A program made the translations under genes and the position numbers. This document shows positions 1 through 12,234 of a stretch of DNA of 64,000 bases, piece by piece (the stretch's first letter is position 1; every line of letters begins with the position of its first letter). This stretch comes from Candidatus Altimarinota bacterium (GTDB taxonomy: Bacteria > Patescibacteriota > Gracilibacteria > BD1-5 > UBA2023). The notes below the pieces were generated by a model. The model searched no databases, was not told the origin of the DNA, and was given only the letters and a program-made list of their open reading frames with translations. Location: NCBI GenBank assembly GCA_043770315.1, contig JAYVIJ010000043.1, positions 1,399 through 65,398 on the forward strand, written 5' to 3'.

Positions 1-1
1 G

Positions 2-1378
2 ATTATCTCTAAATTTAGTCCACTTTTCTCTACGGCAATAGTGTGAGATCTCAGAGATGGATGATTCATAGAGTGAGCAGAGCAAATAAGTGCTATAAGT
101 ATAGCGAGACAAGCATCACCTGTTGTCACAGCACTAGATACTTTAGATATTGCATTCTCTTGAGCAAACGTATGATCTTTCCGATTCTATGCCAATACAT
201 CATCTCCACCAAGTACAGAAATAGTATGATCATGAAGCCTTTATAGTGCGATTTTTCCATGATCGACTTTCCTCTATTCACAGCTTGTCCAAAGACCAAA
301 TACTGTTTCAACACTCTCAAACCTTATGATGTCTACACATCTGAAATATCGCCTCAATGGAAAGTCTATCGTGACAAATTCTAATCTTATAGGTAAATCA
401 AGTTTTCATGATGCTGGACCAGCACCACTTGCTGGAAATCAAGTCGGAATCAAAATTCTTGGATCTATCTGAGGAAAAAATGTCGATGCGATCCTTACAG
501 ATCAATTCTCAACATGAGTCAGCGTCTTTAAGGGTACAGATCGAAGTTTAATCCGTCAAGAAATCAAGAAAAATATCGCGCTTGCAACGAGAAATGCTAT
601 ACTAAGCCCAGTATGAAGTAGCGTTTCGGATCTCAGTAGTCTCCCATGAGGTGCTACTGCGCAAGGAGTATTTATATGACAGCCATGAGATAAATCGATA
701 ATGTTGATAGAAAAAAATGGAGGAAATGTTATTCTTGATATTACGTCTCCACTAACGTCAAAAATATCTTGAATCCGTACTTTGGTGGTTCGAGGAGCAA
801 ATCTCTTCATAAAGAGCGATATGTACTATGATCCACTAAACCCAAGTATGCTCGGAATTGTTCTTGAAAAAGATATAAATGGAAATGGATGAAATCTCTA
901 TATTGATCCAAATATCACAAATGTCGTAGGAACATACATCATAGATGGAAGTGTCATGAGCTATGATTCTGTAAAGGGAATACTTGGATCAACAGGTACA
1001 ATCGCAGATCTCAAAAATCAACTTCATATATATGGAACGATCGTCAGTGAGAATACTATCGGATGATCTCGTCAAAGTCCACCAAAATGTCCAAACCTCT
1101 TGAACGTTGTATGTGCGAATGTCGCAGATTCTCAGAAATATGATTTGAACTACTTAAGACGATACTATATCACTGCTCTTGGTGAGCCATTTGGTGGAGC
1201 AAAAGTGATCGGATGAGGTACTTGCCCATTAGGCGCTTGTACCCCTGGAAACCCAAACCTTGTACATAAATTTAGTGATATGACAAATGAATTTTCAAAG
1301 TATCCAATAATTATAGAATTTAATCCAAAAATTCAATCAATGATACCTATTGGATTTGATAAAATTTACCAAGATTAA
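2..1378 (+). CDS. 5'-truncated large secreted protein with the C-terminal 'NGNGGN-[IL]-Y-[IV]' module (paralog family)
   Basis: Frame 2 is open from the window edge to TAA 1376-1378 when TGA is sense. The translation ...EKDINGNGGNLYIDPNITNV...QLHIYGTIVSENTIGG...YDLNYLRRY...PIIIEFNPKI aligns motif by motif with the C-termini of 12534..15158, 29154..31484 and 46105..51465. Confidence 0.7.
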
Positions 1379-1403
1379 AAAACCCGCCTAGGCGGGTTTT
1401 TTG
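1377..1403. terminator. Bidirectional rho-independent terminator between convergent genes
   Basis: Perfect 18-nt palindrome aacccgcctaggcgggtt, flanked by an A-run on the left and a T-run on the right. Confidence 0.75.
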
Positions 1404-1408
1404 GTTGA

Positions 1409-2770
1409 TTAGTCAACGGTGATTTTTTTTGCATCTTCACTCGTCATACCAGTTTCTGTAATGATAAAATCACGAGATGGATGATAGAATGAAAGCGATT
1501 CGGTTCCAATCTCTTTAATGATACTATCAAGTACGGTATCGAGTGGCATTTCGATCTGGGTTCATTTATCCATATCTTTGAGCTGACAGATTCATTTTTT
1601 TGCTTCCATGATACCGATGACGATCACAAATCGAGCACCGACACGATTCGCTTTCTTCAGTTGTACTTTGATACTTGGTGTTCCGAGAGAGAGGAGTGAA
1701 TTGATCCCTCGTTTTCGAGCGTCGATGTTCAGGGGGAGAGCGAGCTTCTTCGCATCATCACCGAGTTGCATGATATAGAGATGGATCTTATCTTTGTTTT
1801 TGAGTTTTACTCCCCGTTCCATCATCGCTTCGATGAGTCTCTCTGCACCAAAGGCAAATCCGACTGCGGGAACTTCTGTTTTATATCCGATCGATTTTGC
1901 CAGTCCATCATAGCGTCCACCACCACCGAATGCATCTTGTGTCCGACCAGATCCATCTACGAATTCCCATACAGTATGACAGTAGTAGTCGAGACCTCGG
2001 ACGAGCGTCGAGTCTTCGACATAGGAAACTCCGAGAATATCGAGATATTCTTTTACTTTTGTATAGAATTCGAGTGAATCTTTTTTGAGAAAGTCCGTCA
2101 TCTTTGGTGCAACTTTGAGGAGTTCTATGACATCGGGATTTTTGCTATCGAGAAGTCGGAGTGGATTTTTCTCGAGTCGAGCAATATCGATCTCATCAAG
2201 AAGATGTTTTTTCCCTTCGAAAAATGATTGAAGTTCAAGAAGATATTTTTCTCGTTCTTTCGGAACACCGAGGGAATTGATTTTGATCGTGTAGGTATCA
2301 GCAAGCCCGATACCATCGAGGATATTCTTCATGATATAGATCGCCTTTGCATCGAGAATCGGGTCTTCTTCTCCGATGATCTCTGCACCAACTTGGTGAA
2401 ATTGGCGGTATCGACCTTTCTGAGGACGATCGTAGCGAAAATGTGGTTCGATATAGTAAAGATAGACTGGTTGAGGCTCTTCGAGCATCTGCTCGAGATA
2501 CGCACGCATAACTCCAGGAGTACTTTCTGGTTTCATGACGACTTCTCGTCCTCACTTATCCGTAAAGTCAAACATTTCTTTCGTCACGATATCGGAACTA
2601 TCTCCCGTTGAGTGGACGATCAGGCTTTTCAGCTCTAAAATCGGAGTCGTAATACGAGTGAATCCATTGGTACGAAATTCATGTCGTGCGACTTTTTTCA
2701 AGAATGTGAAATATCTCTGGTATTCACCGAAGATATCTTGCATGCCACGGACACGAGAAGGGAGTTCCAT
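1409..2770 (-). CDS. hisS: Histidine--tRNA ligase
   Basis: Same-frame fragments (1592..2536, 2552..2770 plus a C-terminal extension to TAA 1409-1411) join through TGA. Motifs seen: MQDIFGEY, DFTDK-G-GREVVMKPE, HFRYDRPQKGRYRQFHQVG and GGGGRYDGL. 453 aa. Confidence 0.93.
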
Positions 2771-2977
2771 AAAGGTAATATGAGTAAGAATGATGAAATA
2801 CGAAAGGAAAGATCAGTATGTGACCAGAAAAGTGAAGAATACTTGAACGAAAATCTCGACGAAACCCTATTGTAGAAGTATATGAAAAAGCAGGGGAAAG
2901 GCAAATACATGTCCCAAGACTTGTTTTCATTCTATTTTTCACTATACTTTTATCCATCTTATTTTCAATACAAAAAC

Positions 2978-4423
2978 ATGGATTTTAAAAATCTTTCCCT
3001 CATAGAACTTTCTGATTTGATCGCATCATGAAAAGCGACTCCAAAAGATATCTATAGATATTTTTTGGATCGAATACAAAAATATAATGAAACCCTCAAT
3101 GCATTTAATACTCTTCCTTGAGAAGAGTATCCATTGGAGAAAGAAGATTATCTATCGGTGCATCTTCCTATAGCCGTAAAAGATGCATTTTGTGAGAAGG
3201 GGATACGTACTACTTCGAGTTCGAAAATGCTCGAAAACTTTGTCCCACCCTATGAATCTACCGTGACAGAGCGTATGAAGGAAGCGGGATTTCTCGCTTT
3301 CGGAAAGACGAATATGGACGAGTTTGCTCTGGGATGAAGTGGTGAGAATAGTGCTTTTGGGGCTACGAAAAATCCATGGGATCCGACGCGTATCCCATGA
3401 GGAACATCATCTGGATCTGCTGCAGCAGTAGCAGCTGGACTCGTCCCTGCAGCACTCGGTACTGATACTGGTGGGAGTATCAGGCAGCCAGCGAGTATGT
3501 GTGGAGTCGTAGGGTGGAAGCCAGGATATGGACGAAATAGTCGATATGGGGTGATCGCAGCTGCATCTTCGCTTGATTCACCTGGGTATCTCACGAAGAC
3601 CGTGCGTGATGCAGCACTTCTCTATGAGATCACGGCTTGATATGATGCACACGATGCCACATCACTTCAGGAAGAAGTCGTACTTGATCCAAAGATTTGG
3701 GAGAGAACAACTCTTGAATGAGTCAAAATCGGTATCCCAAAAGAATATTTTATCGACGGTATCGAGTCATGAGTAAGAAAAGAGATCGAGACAGCGATCG
3801 AGCAAGCACGCGAACTCGGAGCAGAGATCATCGATATATCTCTTCCTCATACGAGCTATGGGATATCTGCATACTACATCATCAATCCTGCTGAAGTCGC
3901 ATCAAATCTCGCAAGATATGATGGCATCCGCTACGGTCATAAGGCAGAATGAGGATTCGATATTTCTCAAAATCGAAGTGAGTGACTTGGACCAGAAGCA
4001 CAAAGACGCTCTCTTGTAGGATCCTATGTCCTTTCGTCATGATTTTACGATGCGTATTATAAGAAAGCATCATCGGTACGCGAGCTTATCCGTAATGATT
4101 TTCATGATGCTTTCCAAAAAGTCGATGTCATCCTGACTCCTACTGCTCCGACCGTCGCATGGAAAATCGGGCAAAAATGAGATGATCCACTCGCACTCTA
4201 TCTCGAAGATGTATTCACCGTGCCTGCTTCACTTGCAGGAATCCCCGGACTTACTATCCCTGTAGGATATGCATCGCCCAAAGATGATGCGACGATCGAT
4301 CTTCCTGTCGGACTTCAAATCCTTGGACCAGTACTCGGAGAAGAGAAGTGTCTTATGGTCGGACATGTTCTCGAAAATGCCATGAAAGAAAAAATACAAG
4401 CAAAACAGCCAAGAGTATTTTAA
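2978..4423 (+). CDS. gatA: Glu-tRNA(Gln) amidotransferase subunit A
   Basis: ATG 2978 to TAA 4421-4423, read through several TGA. Amidase signature [17 protein letters not shown] and [12 protein letters not shown]; C-terminal [12 protein letters not shown]. 481 aa. Confidence 0.93.
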
Positions 4424-4435
4424 TTCCTTCAAAGT

Positions 4436-4729
4436 ATGTCTTACAACCTCTTTTACATTGGCATTATCCTTATGGGTATACTAATTGTTTATCTGTGATG
4501 GAAAAATTTTATACTACCAATACAATGAAACCAAAGAAAAGCAGCATATTTTTATCTTGCCTGAATGATTTTTGTAGCCATTCTTAACCCTATTTTGAGA
4601 GATGAATGGTTATGGTATGAGAAAAATATAACACATCTTCATTTTTGAGTTATACTTATAGCTATATATGGGTGTGGTTTTTATTTCCAGTTTAAGAAGG
4701 AAAAAATTTCTTTTTGGAGACGTAAATAA
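4436..4729 (+). CDS. Small integral membrane protein (hypothetical)
   Basis: 97-aa ORF, visible only with TGA as sense (four TGA). Three hydrophobic segments (YIGIILMGILIVYL, AGMIFVAILNPIL, VILIAIYGCGFYF). No recognisable family. Confidence 0.5.
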
Positions 4730-4749
4730 TTTATTTATCATTTTTTTCT

Positions 4750-5040
4750 ATGACACCATCTCAAATATTCATCCTTGCGAGTAGTATCGTCGTCATAGCG
4801 CTCGGCATCTCTCTCTATTTTTGGATACGGATACGATCTCTGGTATCAGGAAAGACGCAAGTCGCAGCAACTTTCTACGCTCTTTGTTTTGGGCTCTATG
4901 TATTCGGACAATCTCTCGTGATCCTCCAATCCCTCAAATATATACGTGGAGGATACGATATCCCGAGTTATGCTTATGCTCTTGCGGCGATCCTTTTTGC
5001 TCTTGGGTCATATTATCAGTATAGAAGCATTAAAAAATAA
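4750..5040 (+). CDS. Small integral membrane protein (hypothetical)
   Basis: Uninterrupted 96-aa ORF with three predicted TM helices. Its TAA overlaps the next ATG (TAATG). Confidence 0.6.
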   Translation: MTPSQIFILASSIVVIALGISLYFWIRIRSLVSGKTQVAATFYALCFGLYVFGQSLVILQSLKYIRGGYDIPSYAYALAAILFALGSYYQYRSIKK

Positions 5041-5681
5041 TGTCAGCATGGAATCAAATACATCAACATTATGCAAATCAAGATTGGAGTAAAATTCCCT
5101 CTCTTTTTTCGTGAGAGGCGCTTGATTTTTTTCCAACATCTGGAAAAATTCTTGAAATTGGCGCATGACTTGGACAAGATAGTCGATTTTTTCATTCTCA
5201 TGGATACGATATATATTCTACTGATTTTTCGAGTCAGGTAGTCGAACTGAATGAACAACTCAGTATTTCTGAGATCTCATCTGGTCATTATAGAGCTCAA
5301 GTACTCGATGTTAGCCGAGATCTTTCTTTTCTAGATGATGAAATATATGACGTCATATATACTCATCTTTCACTGCATTATTTTTCTCAAAGTGAGACAC
5401 AAGACATCCTCTGAGAATTACACAGAATTTTAAAAAAATGATGAATTATTGCGGTATTATTGAATTCCATAAAAGATCCTGAATATCATTCTGGCTTAAT
5501 GCTTGAAAAAGACTATTTCCTTATACGAGGAATCAAGAAACGGTTTTTTATAGAGAAATCAGCACACTTACTATTTGATCCATTTTTTTCTTCTCTTCTT
5601 TGTGATAATCAAGGAGAAACATATAAAGATAGTGAAAAATGAATCCATAACCTTATCCGATATATATGACAGAAAGTATAA
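5040..5681 (+). CDS. Class I SAM-dependent methyltransferase
   Basis: 213 aa after reading through TGA. Motif I is ILEIGA-G-LGQDSRFF, with the central Gly encoded by TGA 5166-5168. Post-I acidic motif YSTDFS. Confidence 0.75.
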
Positions 5682-6235
5682 TACGATGTCCCTGGTGTGG
5701 AGATGATCCTCTCTACGTCAGATATCACGATGAAGAGTGGGGAATCCCAGTACACGAGGATGCGACTCTTTTCGAGTTCCTTACCCTCGAGTGAGCTCAG
5801 GCAGGACTCTCGTGGATCACAGTACTTCGTAAACGCGAAAATTATCGAAAACACTTTCATGACTGGAATATCGAAAAAATCGCAAATATGAGCGATGCAG
5901 AGCTCGAAAAAATCCTCCTTGATCCATGAGTCATACGAAATCGACTGAAGGTCTATTCTGTGAGGAAAAATGCACAAGTTGCTCGAGAAATTCAAAAAGA
6001 ATTCGGAAGTCTCGATGCGTATTTCTGGAATTCAGGACAAGAGTTCCCACAGATCCATCATCCAAAAACTATGAATGATCTCACTTCAGAATCAGATACT
6101 TCGAAAACTCTCTCCAAAGATCTCAAAAAACGAGGGATGACATTCGTCGGCTCTACGATCATCTATGCTTTCATGCAGGCAGTAGGTATGTTCGATGATC
6201 ATATCAAGAGTTGTTTTCGAAAGGAAAAAAGCTAA
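5666..6235 (+). CDS. tag: DNA-3-methyladenine glycosylase I
   Basis: N-terminus MTESIIRCPWCGDDPLYVRYHDEEWGIPVHED is the Tag zinc-snap/HhH signature. 189 aa. Overlaps the upstream methyltransferase by 16 nt. Confidence 0.85.
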
Positions 6236-6237
6236 TA

Positions 6238-6978
6238 TTATCGCTTCCAAAATGCGAGGATTCGCTCAAATCGGATATACTCAGTATAGGACATATCAAA
6301 TTTTTTGAGCTTCGTCGCGAGTGGTACTCAGAGATATCTCCAGTGCCATGGCTCGATCTCATAAGCATCGATATACTCTCCATTTTGATAACTCTGATGC
6401 CATCAGTATTCATAGGCATGAGCCTGGAACCAGGCGATATAGCGGCGGTACTTCGCATTTTTATAATATTCTTCCTCGGTCGTCGCATCGAATATATCGA
6501 TCGCGAGACCGAGTTGATGTTCACTATATCCAGGGGGAGCACAGAGAGTCGCATTACATTTTCCGAGATCCCACATTCGCTGTTGGTACTCAGCGCTCCT
6601 ATATCCACTAATCACGACGAGAGGTTCACCGAATTCTTTATAAAATGCCTTAGCAATAAGTCAGAGGGCATCATGGGCCTCCTTTCGAAGTTTACTTTTT
6701 CTTCCAGCTTCTTCTATGTAAGTGAGATCTTCGATCCCGAGAAGATCAGGAGGGATATAGCTCTTATCCGAGAGTCATATATATCGACTCGTGAACACAT
6801 CGATATCTGTATCTTCACCCTGAGAGAATAGTGATGGAAATATCTCGAGAGTATTTCTGATTTCGGTTCCACTGAGTGTCGCCCTACTTCCGATATCACC
6901 AGAACTTGCCTCTGCAAAAAAAGTATACAGAAGCGTGCTGAGTATGATGCTAAATATCCGAAAAAAAAGAGAAAACAT
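6238..6978 (-). CDS. Secreted D-alanyl-D-alanine carboxypeptidase (peptidase M15, VanY-like)
   Basis: Signal peptide MFSLFFRIFSIILSTLLYTFFAEA. Motifs ISGYRS, APPGYSEHQLGLAIDI and YEY-G-WHQSY...EPWHWRYL-G-VP. 246 aa, ends TAA 6238-6240. Same strand, 113 nt downstream of 7092..10892. Confidence 0.8.
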
Positions 6979-7091
6979 GAAGGAAAAATCAGAATCGTAG
7001 TGTAGGGGGAACGCCTTAAAAATCAAATAAAAGCAAAAAAATATTGCCTCCAACGGAGACAATATTTTTAAGCTTCCTGAGAGAACTTTAT

Positions 7092-10000
7092 TTAAGGCTG
7101 ACATCTCAATGTTGCAATTCACCTTCTACCTGGTGCACAGAGTCCACCGCACCAATCTTGAGCACCAGCCAACATAGAATCTCCCGCTGGAGAACAGCTC
7201 GTACCCACATAATCCTCATAACCAGTAGAATTATTTCAAAATGAGACTGTTCCATTTAGTCTACATGAACAGCTTTCTGTTGACCAATAATTTGCTACTG
7301 GTGCTACATCACAATTCGCTCCACTCCATCCACCACTACAAGTATATCCACACTGAAGTCATCCAGCAGTCCATGCTTGTCCGACACTTGTTGGAGCATT
7401 CGCTGTCACAGTACAATGTCATGCAGCGATACATGCAGGACTTGCAGCACAGCTATTTGGAGGTGCTATCCAACATGCATCAGCAGCAGCTTTTTCTATA
7501 GCAGTTCCTGAACAGAGAATCGTATAGTTGGCTCATGCCCAAGGAGTATGGGGCTCACAAATAGTCGTATCTATGAATGGATCACAATCGAGCACAAATT
7601 GGTTATAATCATCGATACTGGTATCCAGTTTCTGGTTATGTACGATCACTCCATTGGCAAGATAGTTATGATTTGGCTTGAAGAGATCATCAGTCTCACC
7701 AGTATCATGGATGCCTGATACATGGAGATTATATACAGGGACTACTTTTTTCTCTACGGTGATATGCTTTATTGGTACAATAGTATTGGTAGTTCCATCT
7801 TGGAATGAGAGAGATTCTCCGGCGATCCATCTCTTATAGATGTCTTTCGCAGCTACATATCGATCATCTTTCGGAAGATAGATTCGATGGATATGATTGG
7901 ATGTAAGAGTCTGATCTCCATACTCGAATGTATAGAGCGTCTGGATTCTCTCCTCATGATGGATAGCTTCAGTGACAGGACGATCGACATAGGTTTTGGA
8001 TATTTCATCATAGGTCTTCACGAGTTCTCCTACTTGGATATCTTCGATCGACTTCGTCTTCCCTGAATCAAGGGTGACTTGTGTTCCTGCGACGAAGCAT
8101 CCATAATCCCAAGTGATAGTTGGTGGTACTACAGCAGCACAGGTGAACTCTCCTCGAGTTGGTGATGGATCTATATCAGTACAAGTTGCTCAGCCACGAC
8201 CACCACAGCTTGCATTGAATTTTCCTGGTTGAGTCGTAGAAATTGCATAACTTGGAGATGTACTTCAAACAGAGAGAGTATCAGTTTCAGTCACCCAAAC
8301 TATAGTATGCACAACTTCACAGTGAGGGAGTACTGCTGCACTACAGCTCAGGGCTCCACAATTCCAATTATAGGTATTATCAAATCCATTTATATCCACA
8401 TCTGTCTGAGCTCCTCAAGTACAGGCAGCTGCCCCTACAGGATATTCTATAGACCCTGTCGTCTGAGCAGTACCACAAGCATCAACAGTAAGTGGTGTAC
8501 ATGAACCTGAACCCACGATAGTTTCATATGCTATATTTCCAAGTACAGGATCTCCATCATAACATCGCATTTGCACCGATCCTGTAAATCCAGGATTAGT
8601 ATTATTGATAGTGACCCAAGGACCTATACCATTATCTAAAATAGGTGATAGTACTGGCATTGTTGATCCACATCATGGTCACCAGTTCTCAGTAATACAT
8701 ATTCCACCTCCGCCTGGACTTCTGCTAATCACATTACTCCATCCACTATCTCCATTTGTATTTCTAGCCTTTACTCTGAAGTCATAGCTTGTACCATTTG
8801 TGAGTCCTGTGACATTTGCATTCGTGGTAATGCTCACTCCGTCAGCGAATACGAGCCAGATAGCAGAGAGAGTCGGCTTGTATTCTATGATATAGTCTGT
8901 CACTACCTCTGCAGGAGCCATCCATGAGAGAGAGACAGAAGCATTTCCTGCTACCCCACTGAGAACAGTAGGAGCAGACGGTCCAGTAGGAGCACAATCT
9001 GGCATTGCAGCCATTTCCGCAGGAGTTTTGTAATATACGAGTTTTCCATTACAACTATTATATATAGCTGATCCTTGTGATGGTTGGTTAGATTGCCACC
9101 ATACAAGACCTCCAGGAGCAGGGCCATTTGTATCGACGAGGCTAAGTTCAGCATTTCCATAAGGGAATCCGACACACTGATCATCTGTCCAGCCACTCGG
9201 AGCATCTTTACATGCCCCAACTGGATTTATAGGTGTAGCGCTAATAATATTACTCGGTCCACTGTCCCCATTTCCATTCCTTGCTTTTACTTGGAAGTCA
9301 TAGCTCGTACCATTCGTCAGTCCTATGACATTCGCTGTTGTACCTGTACCGACACCGTCATTGAAGGTAAGCCAAATAGCTCATGCAGTCGTCTTGTATT
9401 CTACGATATAGTCAGCTATTATACCAGACGGAGCAGTCCACGAGAGTGCGACAGAAGCATTTCATGCGACTCCAGTGAGACCAGTAGGAGGTGAGGGAGG
9501 GAGTGCAGGACATACTACCTGAGCATCGACACTACATCCGCCAAAGACTGCGAACTCTTCTGTATCGAGTGTGAAGCGTCAAGTAACAGGAAGAGAATTG
9601 AGTATACTATCTCTATAGAATCAGCCAAGTGTAGCTTTTGCACCTGCAAGTTGATCACAAGTTGCATCCCATGATACATTCCCATCAATCTCTATTTGTG
9701 TTTTTTGGGCGGGAGTGATATATCCACTTGCTGTCCAGGCAGTAAGCGCAGATTTAAAATTATTCCAACAAGCAACATTCCAACCTCAAGCCTGCTCATG
9801 TGCAAAACAACTAAATGTTCCACAATTTCAACCTACAGGAGCTATCTCACAGTTCACACCACTATATCCAGGATTACAGGTAAATCCACAATTTGGAGAG
9901 TTTCGTGACCAGTCTTGATTGGCGCTTGTCGGAGTTCATAAATTGGTCGTACAGCCGATTCCGTCACAGGCAGGAAGTGTAGATGAGCAATGTGGTATAG

Positions 10001-10892
10001 CAGTACATGAACCTCCATTAAATATCCATTCTACAGCAGTAGTCCCGACGCTCACATCACTATCGACACACTTCCAAGTTACAGATCCTGAGTATCCTCC
10101 TACAGTATTCATAAGGGTGATGGTAGGCCCTGTAGCCACTTGGTTATCACTGATAGAGAATCCAGCAGGGATGAGTGCGCTACAATTTCCGCCTTGCCCA
10201 GATCATGACCATGTTTCTGAGTAACTCATACAACTTGAAGCACCAAGTGGAGCACAGGTTGGACCGCTAAAGCCAGCATTACATGTGTATTTACAATTTG
10301 GGCCTACTTGAGTCCAAGCTTGCCCTATACTTGTCGGAGTTCCAGTTGTGAGGGTGCATCCTGTATATCATGTACATGCTGGTGAAGCAGCACAGGAGTT
10401 TCCAACAGGAGGAGTACTACAATCAATCCCAGTAAATCCGCCAGTACAAGTGTACTTACAATTTGGACCGATCTGAGTCCAAGGCATATTGGCTATAGCA
10501 GGAGTGCCATCCACAAAACTTGCATTCGCATATGCTGGACGAGCAGCACAAGTAAACGCTGGGGGGAGAGGTGGTACAATAGGTGATCCACAAATTACGG
10601 AGCCATCAGCATTTACTGATAATATATACCCAGCACCACAGTTTCATATAAGTCTTTGGTAATAATTCGCAGGCTGATTATTCAATCGTGTCGAGTTTAC
10701 TACTTGACCGCTTTCGAGTCCAGTGAGTGGGGATACTCCAAGCATCCTCTCAAGATACATTGTGAATTCTCAGAGAGTAGCCGTAGGAACTGCTGCTATA
10801 AGAGTAAGGTAGCTCACAGAGAAAAATGCTATGAGAAGTGAGCCTCACAAGATGAGAATTGAGAAGAATTTTCTCGTAAATGAAGGACGCAT
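7092..10892 (-). CDS. 1266-aa membrane-anchored cysteine-rich surface protein: EGF-like repeats, 2x FN3, internal Hint/BIL domain, Cys-rich C-terminal region
   Basis: One frame is open from ATG 10890-10892 to TAA 7092-7094 (all triplets checked for TAA/TAG). N-terminal TM anchor. Repeats of the type GQAWTQIGPNCKYTCTGGFTGIDC. Two FN3 units (...SLSWMAPAEVVTDYIIEYKP...YDFRVKARN). Hint domain from CFVAGTQVTL to NGVIVHN. Confidence 0.8.
7635..8099 (-). other. Hint (bacterial intein-like, BIL) domain inside the 7092..10892 CDS
   Basis: N-terminal block Cys-Phe-Val-Ala-Gly-Thr (Cys codon 8097-8099). C-terminal block VYNLHV...NHNYLANGVIVHN (Asn codon 7635-7637), followed by Gln. About 155 aa with no endonuclease insert. 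Confidence 0.75.
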
Positions 10893-10944
10893 GGAGTGAG
10901 AATTAGAGATATAAGAAGGATAGTATCTATAAATAGGCTATATT

Positions 10945-12204
10945 TTACGGACAAGGGATTGGTGTGGTCGGTCCAGAGTAGCAAAATGGTCAAGCAATAC
11001 AACTATCATCTGCATATCAAGACTTTGAACATTTCCAGTGATGATTTTCTCCATTTACACTATACCTATCTCAAGTAGAAAAGTTACTTCATGCCTTGAG
11101 GGCTCCTCCATTTATACATGTATTCGTTATTCCAGTACACATTGCAAGGGTCGGGAGAGATTTATTTGCACTACAAGTTGGAGAAGCCCCTCATCATGAT
11201 CATACACATTGCCATATCCAAGGACCATTTGGAAAGCCGCTTACCTCAAGGGGAGAGCCGGTAGTACATACACTTGCACTTACTGAAGCCCAAGTATATG
11301 GACCAGGGAAACTTCCACCATTATAGACAGGGTTACATGCTCCATTTACTACGACACAAGCTCCAAGATTGCATGCTTGAGTTGTAGGTTGAGGAGTATG
11401 ACAGTTGTCATAACTACATGATTGGGTACGGCTTTGGGTTCATGGCCCACATGAGGTATTACATCCTGTCCATGCTGTATAGGTATATGGACCAGTATTG
11501 ATACAACTTTGATAGGGATTTGTTCCACTCAGGACAGTATTCGTACAGGTTCGATTTTGCATGAGGGATACACATGTAGTCGGAGTATTCGCTGAAGAGG
11601 CAGAGTATGCTACGCGAAAATCTCCATTGGGAATTACACCCCAAGGATTGACATTACAGTCACAGCTAATTCCTGGGTTACAGGTTCGTACATCAGCGGG
11701 TTTTACCAGTGCTGGTACTGCTGCGATACATTTCGCATCGGGGAATATATTCCCGAGATTATCCGTACAGGTGACTGTGCCAGTCTGACTTCCAGATGCT
11801 GGTGTGGTTCCACAGAAGCCATTCGTCGGTACACATGTGCCCCATGTTGTTGGAGCATTCCAACGATAGATGGTGTTACATACAGTCGTTCCATCAGCAT
11901 TTATCTTCACGATAGGATTATCTACCCCGCAAGTACTATTTACCTTTCTCTGGTATTGCACAGGATCTACTCATCAGAGCTTATCTGTATTTTTGACCTT
12001 TCCATCTGTAGTAGCGATATTCGTATCTTCGAGAAGATTTTGGAAGTACTGTGTGAATAATGTTCATTTGGGTGAAGTCCCCCCAATCCCATTGGCAGGA
12101 TATGCTGCAGATGTCATCCATGATGAGGATATCTGAAGGATCATACCGATGCAGAGACCGATGATGCCTACACGTACAAATGAAAAGATAGAAGAGTGTT
12201 TCAT
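10945..12204 (-). CDS. 419-aa membrane-anchored cysteine-rich protein with thrombospondin type-1-like repeats
   Basis: ATG 12202-12204 to TAA 10945-10947, read through TGA. N-terminal TM, then NTDKL-G-G-VDPVQYQRKVNSTCGVDNPIVKINADGTTVC. YTAWTGCNTSCGPGTQSRTQSC matches the W..C..SCG.G.Q.R...C pattern of TSP1 repeats. Confidence 0.7.
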
Positions 12205-12234
12205 AAAGAAGAAGAAAAAGATCAAAACGAACTA

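Noticed and set aside
6204-6831. ORFs 6211..6831 (+) and 6204..6608 (-) as genes.
   Set aside because: Both overlap the VanY-like CDS in wrong frames or on the wrong strand. The VanY frame carries the SEHQLGLAID and EPWHWRY motifs and a signal peptide.
7635-8099. Canonical self-splicing intein.
   Set aside because: The residue after the terminal His-Asn is Gln rather than Cys/Ser/Thr. There is no homing-endonuclease domain, and the host is a secreted repeat protein rather than a conserved enzyme. A BIL-type cleavage domain is the better reading.
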